A stretch of 63,806 bases of DNA, filler included, from Rhabdomonas costata (Eukaryota), in NCBI GenBank assembly GCA_019059605.1. It is 21 parts of 21 records of this genome, joined end to end, with 100 filler letters (N's around TTAATTAATTAA, not from the genome) between each part and the next. Parts side by side here need not be neighbours in the genome. Positions count along the whole stretch, not along the records: positions 60,874 to 63,806 come from JAHMHO010001698.1; 20 more parts are not named here. The stretch is one strand, 5' to 3'. The notes under the pieces are model-generated. The model made no database searches. It had not been told where the DNA came from and saw only the letters and a list, made by a program, of their open reading frames with translations. The position numbers were made by a program, and so were the translations under genes. Positions 60,890 through 63,806 of this stretch are shown here, piece after piece; the first letter of the stretch is position 1; every line of letters begins with the position of its first letter.

Positions 60890-63440
60890 GCCCATGGTGT
60901 GGTGGCTCGTTCCCGTCTGGATCTGATCTCCGAGCAAAACCCCGAGGATTCCGGCACCGGCGACCGCTTTGAGCGCTACCGCAGGCCCAACGTGGGTGGC
61001 CCAAGCGCGCTGCCCCGGCCCTACTTCTGGGCGTACAACTTGTCCAAGGCGAAGACTGTTATGCAGGCGCTCGCACGCTCCTCCACAAACGGACAGAGAC
61101 GTACAGAACTGAATTGCACTCATAAGGGCACCTCCTCCTGCAATTTTCTAAATATCCCTCCAAAATGAAACGCATTGTTAGAGTACCTCGACCCTCCCCC
61201 AGCATAGGCGTGACGCAGTTGTGATTCCTCGATGTAGTTTTAACTTCAAAAAAAACTGTTCCTCAGTTGCATTTGTTTAGCTTATCCGTCCTTTACCTCC
61301 TCTGCTCCAACTCTGTCCCTTAGGGGATGCTGACACTTTGTGAATGCCCCTGCTTTATGTCGACCCACCCACGCGCCGCTTATTTGGCCGCTTTCACCCT
61401 ACCCCAGAGCGGAGCAGACTCACTACAAGCAGGCGCCATCCCAAGCTCAACTTTCAGCTGCAACAACTTTCACAAGCGTCGACCTGTGTTTGTCAAGGGG
61501 TGTCGTGCAGTTTCATACCCGAGTTGAACTTGATACAAAGGCCTTGCGTCCTGAAAAGCTCCACGTGCTCTTTCGGAAAGGGTCTGTTCCGCGGTGAATA
61601 CTTTCTCTGATCCTCTGATTTAGGATCTTGTTGAGCTGCTGGAGCTGCCCTCGCTGCCTCCCCCGAGTAAGCCTGGCAACGCCGCAGGAGCGACCCCGGA
61701 CACGACCACCGCGGAAGACCTCCCGGCGCGGCCGGCGCCTGCCACCACCAGCACCCGGAAGATGCCCCAGGACCCTGAGGATCTGGCGCAGGTGTGTGGC
61801 TTGTCTGTTTATTGAATTTGTAGCGACCGCATGCACTTCTTGGGGATGTGGGCATCTGTGATCCCGTTCTCTGAGCTTGGTGTACTCATCATCAATTTTT
61901 GCATGTTGATCGTCAATGTTGCAGCTCAGAAGACTATTTTGCGTTTCGCCGGAGCCGTGAAAACCAGCCTGTATCCTTTCTCCTTCCCAGAACTTCTGCT
62001 TCGAAGTCAGACACAGCTTAAATCAATGGACAGCAATCTACTCCCCTTGCGGCTTTTCCCGGCACTCTTGTAGGCAGCATCACATGCCTGGAAATGCGCA
62101 CATGCAGCCCCACTCATAAGCACATCGCGAAACAAGTGCTATCCTCGGGCGAGCTGCGGCAACAACCCTGCCACACCGCTCCGTTTGCGTGTGTTTGTGT
62201 GTGTGTGTCGAAGGTGTGGTTGTGGTTCCTAGGGGGACACCAATCCTGCGAGGCAGGGTAGAGTAACATGAGGCAGCGAGGCGTTGAGGAGACAGAAGGG
62301 CGGAGAATGAGGTGAGGCCCGATGGGCCCATGCCCCTCGAAGGTGGGGAGAGAAACGCGAATCTTCCCCTGAAGAAAGTCACCCTGGCCAAGTGCAAATT
62401 GTTTGTGCGTTTGTTTTCCAGGTCCCAGAGCTTCGGGTGTCTGGGCTGGACCACACCAACCTCAGCCCGGTGGTGGTGGCGCTGAAGACCAACACGACCT
62501 TCTCTGTGGTGGACCTCAGCGGGAATCGCCTGGACGCAGACAGCGCCGCGGAGCTCGCCGCGCTGCTCCTGACGAACACCACCCTGACCGCGTTGGACCT
62601 CTCGCAGAACGAGCTGACCAACGAGGGGGTGGCCGCGTTGGCCGCGGCACTGGGCCAGCAGGGCTGCACCTTAGCCTCGCTTAGCCTGGCCATGGTGTGG
62701 GGTGAGTTTTTTGTTGTGTTTGCGTGGGAAAGAGATTACATTGCATTTCTGTGGACTTCGCCACATGTACAAATACTTGCACTGGACGCTACACATACAT
62801 ACACACCGGCGGGCTACTTTTGATCCTTTGTGTGCAGACCAGCATTGGGTATCAGGGCGGGAAGGCCGTGGCGGCGATGCTGCGACAGAACTCCACCCTG
62901 ACCCGGCTGAGCCTGAACGGCAACGACAAGCTGGGCGCCCGCACTGCGGAGGAGGTCGCACAAAGCCTGGAAGCCAACACCACCCTGCGATCGCTGGGCC
63001 TGGCCAACACAGGCTGCGGCCCCTCTGGTGCCTCAAACTGCCTTATCACTTCTGCATCACGCCACTCCAAGCTCGTGCAGGCTCTAAGCATATTGCGTGG
63101 TTGACTTGTTAAGATTTTCTGCGAGGGAGGGGGGGTGCAAAAAAACCTTTGTCCTAACGTCCCTTTCCGCGTGCTCATTCACTCGGCCAACAATGCCTGC
63201 TAGAATCCCCTCTCCCATTTTTTCTCCACCTTCTTTTGCTATTTTGTGATTGCATCGTTTTCGTTTCTGTCCTTGCCTTCCCTTCCCTTGTCTTGATACA
63301 GTTGTTTTTTGTCGGACACTGGATGCTTGTGATTGGTCTAGCGTGATTCTGCAATGTTAACCGAAAGGCGTGTGGTCATTTGATGTGCAGGGGCAGAAGC
63401 TCTGCTGGAGCTGCTCGGGAAGAACCCCACGCTTACAGAG
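60890..63440 (+). CDS. Ribonuclease-inhibitor-type LRR protein, internal exons
   Basis: NTTFSVVDLSGNRLDADSAAELAALLLTNTTLTALDLSQNELTNEGVAALA.../TSIGYQGGKAVAAMLRQNSTLTRLSLNGN...NTTLRSLGLANTGCGPS/GAEALLELLGKNPTLTE; upstream exons at 61624-61791 and from 60890. Confidence 0.92.
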
Positions 63441-63806
63441 GTCTGAGCGCTTCTTTTGCGGCTCAGGGAACTTTATCTTACCCTTTTTTTTAGTTTGTTT
63501 TTTCTGCCTCACCTACAAAGAAGCAAAAGGTACATGCACTACTGTGGGTGTGGCATATGTAGGATGTATGATATTTATCATCGCTTTGCGCTGCGAGATT
63601 CGCGGCGCGCACGCATACCTCTTGTCTGATGTCAGAGCAGCACTTACTTGTTGACAAGGGCAAGGAAGAAAGTATATAGGCTACGCTGTGAACCGAGAGT
63701 TTTAACCATAGCTCGTGACAGAATAACGCGAAGGTCCAGCAGAAACAACATGATAAAAAAGACGTCTACTCAAAATATCACCCACACACCCACCCACACC
63801 CACCAC

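Overview
This window is not one locus. It is 21 unrelated contigs of about 2.93-2.97 kb, joined by 100-nt N spacers that carry an artificial TTAATTAATTAA all-frame stop linker. Most contigs start with G/T-only bases and end with C/A-only bases, and three end in fold-back hairpins, which points to whole-genome-amplified DNA. The content is an intron-rich eukaryotic nuclear genome. A euglenozoan (euglenid-like) source is my inference, from the gene set, a trypanosomatid-type degenerate AMP-deaminase domain, weak GT/GC donors and TTAGGG repeats. I reconstructed partial spliced genes for a class III adenylate cyclase, a Cache-HAMP receptor, an AAAP amino-acid transporter, class I fumarase, a PARP-like ADP-ribosyltransferase, an AMP-deaminase-like protein, a cNMP-binding protein, PDI/thioredoxin, a RAD5-like SNF2-RING helicase, a GT-A glycosyltransferase, a RING-TRAF protein, a TTLL glutamylase, a PC-esterase/TBL-like protein, a DCAF1-like protein and two LRR proteins. 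There is also a Merlin/IS1595 transposase fragment. The most notable observations are: (1) a degenerate ~200-nt piece of the LSU rRNA peptidyl-transferase centre lying antisense in a fumarase intron; (2) a dispersed ~100-nt repeat in two contigs with a decayed minimal hammerhead-like architecture; (3) a protein built from one-exon-per-module, phase 1-1, six-cysteine repeats; and (4) GC-AG introns with non-consensus donors, within a generally degenerate 5' splice signal. All calls are from reading the sequence by eye; no searches were run.
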